Positions 31,729 to 32,000 of a DNA stretch of 32,000 nucleotides are shown here, piece by piece; within the stretch, counting starts at the first letter, position 1, and every line of letters starts with the position of its first letter. The position numbers were made by a program, and so were the translations under genes. The stretch spans positions 900,001 through 932,000 of the forward strand of contig NC_014537.1 in assembly GCF_000148385.1 (NCBI RefSeq), in the 5' to 3' direction. This DNA comes from Vulcanisaeta distributa DSM 14429 (lineage in GTDB: Archaea; Thermoproteota; Thermoprotei; Thermoproteales; Thermocladiaceae). The notes beneath the pieces were generated by a model that did not search any database, was not told the DNA's origin, and saw nothing but the letters and a program-made list of their open reading frames with translations.

Positions 31729-31962
31729 TCACTCCTCAACAACCTCATTGTACTTCTGGGCTCGTTTTAAGCTCATACGCCTTAGCATGGATAGTACCTG
31801 GTCAATGTACTTATTTACCTCATCCTCATTCAATCCTCTATCCTTAATTATCACCTCCATAACCTTAGCATAACTCTTATACTCCTCATTCAACCTCCTC
31901 CAGGGTATACCCTTCAATGACTGCATTAACCTCTCGTTAATTGGCAGCAATTTCTTAACCAT
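31729..31962 (-). CDS. Hypothetical 77-aa charged helical protein
   Basis: ORF convergent on the Cas4-like gene, with host-like codon usage (AGG/GAG rich). The overlapping plus-strand ORF 31670-31873 looks like a low-complexity shadow. No family recognised. Confidence 0.5.
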   Translation of the reverse strand: MVKKLLPINERLMQSLKGIPWRRLNEEYKSYAKVMEVIIKDRGLNEDEVNKYIDQVLSMLRRMSLKRAQKYNEVVEE

Positions 31963-32000
31963 TAAGAATGAAATTATTGGATAACCAACATAGCCCCTAT

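Noticed and set aside
31121-31873. Track ORFs 31121-31381(-) and 31670-31873(+)
   Set aside because: The first is antisense inside the Cas4-like gene. The second overlaps both the Cas4-like 3' end and the better-looking minus-strand 77-aa ORF, and it translates to a Ser/Thr/Leu-rich low-complexity peptide.
1-32000. Search for tRNA, rRNA, CRISPR arrays, long tandem or inverted repeats, inteins and frameshifted pseudogenes
   Set aside because: No T-loop-type GGTTCGAATCC context was found; the only 'TTCGAAT' (~11786) is inside coding sequence without tRNA arms. No regularly spaced repeats and no interrupted family-recognisable ORFs were found by eye. A computational scan (tRNAscan-SE, Infernal, CRISPR finders, self dot-plot) is still advisable.

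Overview
This 32-kb segment reads like the chromosome of a hyperthermophilic crenarchaeon of the Thermoproteales type. That assignment is inference from four things: AGG/AGA-dominated Arg codons; A/T-rich TATA-like elements about 25-30 nt upstream of start codons (leaderless-type mRNAs); frequent 4-nt ATGA/GTGA gene overlaps with GTG/TTG starts; and archaea-specific genes. I count about 36 credible protein genes, 2 well-formed C/D box sRNAs and 1 weak candidate. I saw no rRNA, tRNA, CRISPR array, integrase or transposase. Most of the content is housekeeping: UDP-sulfoquinovose synthase-like enzyme, full-length ThrRS, Nre, heme O synthase, the conserved L37Ae-Brix-Pcc1-prefoldin beta-small protein-DHH phosphoesterase string, TmcA, a NuoM/N-like plus NuoL-like pair, LutB-like protein, AIR-synthase-like protein, threonine dehydratase plus RidA, and a solo Cas4-like nuclease. 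Two blocks are not explained by systems I know. (1) 6438-9463 holds a HerA-family ATPase followed by a short, stand-alone DpdA-like (TGT-superfamily) transglycosylase and a 115-aa orphan. There is no NurA/Mre11/Rad50 and no preQ0 genes nearby. (2) 13811-20113 is an A/T-rich nine-gene block built around an orphan FlaI/TadA-type secretion ATPase. It has no FlaJ/PilC/TadC platform protein and no class III-signal pilins. Instead it has six mutually paralogous small proteins (one membrane-anchored), an RHH-like regulator and a divergently transcribed, heavily N-glycosylation-sequon-rich secreted protein. All family assignments come from motif recognition by eye, because no database search could be run.
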